From positions 148,159 to 188,158 of the forward strand of contig PFFG01000006.1 in the NCBI GenBank assembly GCA_002783265.1: 40,000 nucleotides of DNA, written 5' to 3'. The notes beneath the pieces are model-generated. The model ran no database searches. It saw only the letters and a list, made by a program, of their open reading frames with translations, and was not told where the DNA came from. The translations under genes and the position numbers were made by a program. This document shows, one piece after another, positions 37,807 through 40,000 of this stretch (position 1 is its first letter; every line of letters starts with the position of its first letter). The DNA is from Candidatus Gracilibacteria bacterium CG17_big_fil_post_rev_8_21_14_2_50_48_13 (GTDB taxonomy: Bacteria; Patescibacteriota; Gracilibacteria; 1-14-2-50-48-13).

Positions 37807-39180
37807 ATGTGTTCCATGGATTTTCGACGATGCCGGCAGAAAAATTCGCAGAGCTATCAACGTGGCCCCCTCATGTACTGGATGAATCGCGATATGCGTC
37901 TCCAGGATAACTGGGCCCTTCTCGCCACGGCGACCATGGCAAAGGAGCTGGGCGTCCCTTTTGGCGTGCTGTATTCTCTGGATCCATCCTTTTTAGGCGG
38001 TGGTTTTCGGCAGTTATCCTTTAAAATCTCTGCGCTGCGTGAACTGGAACAGGCACTCTCCGCACGATCTATTCCCTTCTTTCTTGCCCTAGGCAACTCT
38101 TTAGCGGAAGAAACAGTGCGGGTGGTACAAGAACAGGGCTGCGGGGCTATCATAACGGATTTTTCTCCGCTGCATGTGCAGCAGGCATGGCTGAGCACCC
38201 TTGTATCGAAAGTACAGGTGCCGATTTTTGAAGTGGATGCCCACAATGTGGTTCCGGCATGGATAGCATCACCCAAGCTGGAATTTGCTGCCTATACTTT
38301 GCGGCCAAAACTCCATCAGCTCCTTCCTGATTTCCTGACGGAATTCGACCCTCTTCCCACACAAACCCTTGCCTGGGGAGGGACAGTTCCCTCCATCGAC
38401 TGGAATGCCATTTTATCCACGAGTGTTGTCCGGAGAGACATAACGGAAACAGGATTCGCAGGAGGTGAGACCGCGGCGCACAAAGCCTTGGCGCGCTTTC
38501 TCACGGATCGCCTGCCCTCTTATCATACTATGCGGAATGACCCAACGAAGGAGGGACAATCGGATCTTTCGCCCTACCTCCATTACGGCAACCTCTCTGC
38601 CCAGCGCGTTGCTCTCGCTGTCCAAAAATCCTCTGCGCCCGAAGAAGCCAAAGCTAGTTTTCTCGAAGAACTCATCGTTCGTCGCGAGCTATCGGATAAC
38701 TTCTGCCTGTATAATCCTGCATACGATTCCACGGCAAGTTTTCATGTTTGGGCAAAAACCACACTCGATGCGCACCGAGGCGATGTGCGGACCTTTGTCT
38801 ATACACAGGAGGAGTTCGAACACGCAAAAACCCACGACCCACTCTGGAATGCTGCACAGCAGGAAATGGTTTGGACGGGAAAAATGCACGGATATTTGCG
38901 CATGTACTGGGCGAAAAAACTGCTCGAATGGACCGCTTCTCCAGAGGATGCCTTAGCTATTGGCATCTATTTAAACGATACCTATTCCCTCGACGGAAGA
39001 GACCCAAACGGCTATGCTGGCCTAGCCTGGTCAATCGGTGGTGTGCATGATCGCGCCTGGGGGGAACGACCAATCTTTGGAAAAATCCGCTACATGAATG
39101 ATGCAGGCTGCAAGAGAAAGTTTGATGTACCTGCCTATATTGCGCGGGTCAACAGAATGGTTAGAGACCTGCAAAAATAG
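37807..39180 (+). CDS. phr: Deoxyribodipyrimidine photolyase, class II
   Basis: LMYWMNRDMRLQDNWAL (class II signature), SPYLHYGNLSAQRV, and GKMHGYLRMYWAKKLLEW...NGYAGLAWSIGGVHDRAW in the FAD-binding domain. Confidence 0.85.
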   Translation: MCSMDFRRCRQKNSQSYQRGPLMYWMNRDMRLQDNWALLATATMAKELGVPFGVLYSLDPSFLGGGFRQLSFKISALRELEQALSARSIPFFLALGNSLAEETVRVVQEQGCGAIITDFSPLHVQQAWLSTLVSKVQVPIFEVDAHNVVPAWIASPKLEFAAYTLRPKLHQLLPDFLTEFDPLPTQTLAWGGTVPSIDWNAILSTSVVRRDITETGFAGGETAAHKALARFLTDRLPSYHTMRNDPTKEGQSDLSPYLHYGNLSAQRVALAVQKSSAPEEAKASFLEELIVRRELSDNFCLYNPAYDSTASFHVWAKTTLDAHRGDVRTFVYTQEEFEHAKTHDPLWNAAQQEMVWTGKMHGYLRMYWAKKLLEWTASPEDALAIGIYLNDTYSLDGRDPNGYAGLAWSIGGVHDRAWGERPIFGKIRYMNDAGCKRKFDVPAYIARVNRMVRDLQK

Positions 39181-39745
39181 CCATGAGCGCTTCTTTTTTT
39201 CCTGTCCCTTTTCTTGCGGAAATGGGCACAACACTAATACCTGGAAATGCCGTCTGTACTTCCCGGAGTTGTTTTGCCAGTTCGCTCTGTTTGAGACCGT
39301 CCGCCTTATTCGCCAGCACGAGAATTTGTTCCGCCTCATGAGTAGCCAAGAGGTCAGCCATCATTTTTTTGTCGAGATCCGTTGCACCGACACGCAGATC
39401 AATAATCATCACCAGACGTAGGTGGGTGATGTATCGATCAGCAATATACCAGGCAATCATGTCTTCGATATGGAGGCGAAGAGGCTCAGGTTGTTTCGCA
39501 TAACCGTACCCTGGCAAATCGGCAAAATAGACGCGTTTATTGATACGGAACATATTGATTTCCGTTGTTTTACCAGGACGACTACTTTTGCGTGCAAGAC
39601 TGCCGTTTCCAGTGAGCATGTTGAGCGTGCTCGATTTCCCCACATTCGATCGTCCTAAAAAGGCAATATAGGGTAATGTATCTCGTGGAAGACCTTCCGG
39701 ATCCACAACTCCCTTCACAAACTCGGCAGAAGTAATGGCATGCAT
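39161..39745 (-). CDS. engB: Ribosome-biogenesis GTPase YihA/YsxC (EngB)
   Basis: IAFLGRSNVGKSSTLNML (G1), DLPGYGYAK (G3), LANKADGL (G4). Its last 20 nt overlap the 3' end of the photolyase gene. Confidence 0.9.
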   Translation of the reverse strand: MHAITSAEFVKGVVDPEGLPRDTLPYIAFLGRSNVGKSSTLNMLTGNGSLARKSSRPGKTTEINMFRINKRVYFADLPGYGYAKQPEPLRLHIEDMIAWYIADRYITHLRLVMIIDLRVGATDLDKKMMADLLATHEAEQILVLANKADGLKQSELAKQLREVQTAFPGISVVPISARKGTGKKEALMAIFAGL

Positions 39746-39748
39746 ATT

Positions 39749-40000
39749 TTAGGATGAAAGATGATAAGAACGGAGTTCCGCACGGCGTTCACGAGACTGG
39801 GGCACGAGACCTTGGAGGTGGTGCCAGAACCGGGGACTATGATCCATGTGCGTGAGATGTGCCACTTCATGGGCACAAACGTATGCATAAAGGGTATAGG
39901 GTAACAGCAAGGTTGCCAAGCTGATTATGATATCCCCACCATGACTGCAGGACCCCCAACGAGCCGTCAGATCACGAATCAACACATGACGAAGGGGTCG
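39749..40000 (-). CDS. YgjP/DUF45 (SprT-like zinc metallohydrolase), 5' end outside the window
   Basis: TARWGSCSHGGDIIISL...YVCAHEVAHLTHMDHSPRFW carries the WGSC and HExxH motifs of DUF45. The frame stays open upstream of the track's GTG (39985) to the window edge (…RPLRH-V…), and the family normally has >100 aa before WGSC. Confidence 0.7.
   Translation of the reverse strand, partial: RPLRHVLIRDLTARWGSCSHGGDIIISLATLLLPYTLYAYVCAHEVAHLTHMDHSPRFWHHLQGLVPQSRERRAELRSYHLSS

Overview
Gene-dense bacterial chromosome segment. It uses the standard genetic code: TGA clearly terminates the kinase gene at 11981 and the membrane-protein gene at 20610. GC looks like roughly 45-50% by eye, not computed. 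Housekeeping content: obg, rny, a DHH/NrnA phosphoesterase, dnaA, infC-rpmI-rplT, cysS, a DEAD-box helicase, sua5/tsaC, a fused TyrA-PDT enzyme, a wHTH-Nudix protein, a QNG1/DUF2419 queuosine-salvage protein, a class II photolyase, engB, and three tRNAs (Leu-UAA, Pro-UGG, Pro-GGG). These are interleaved with many orphan membrane, secreted and lipoproteins, two SLH-anchored surface proteins (one of 1756 aa), and an RsbW/RsbV-type partner-switching pair. The compaction (shared stop codons, overlapping starts) and the gene repertoire fit an uncultivated small-genome bacterium, possibly CPR/Patescibacteria-like; this is inference only. No CRISPR array, rRNA, transposase or integrase was found. The most interesting locus is an AT-rich islet at about 17.6-20.2 kb, immediately downstream of tRNA-Pro(UGG). 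It carries a DUF4238 protein (a family with a reported single-gene anti-phage member), an orphan protein with an internal 96-bp duplication, and a stop-interrupted HTH-like mini-ORF. Other loci worth follow-up are an ATP-cone/PD-(D/E)xK nuclease fusion next to the photolyase, the giant NHL/beta-sandwich/SLH surface protein, a sigma-less RsbW-RsbV pair upstream of dnaA, and the Nudix-QNG1 pair. Two real genes are missing from the supplied ORF track because they run off the window: 1-943 (minus) and 39749-40000 (minus).
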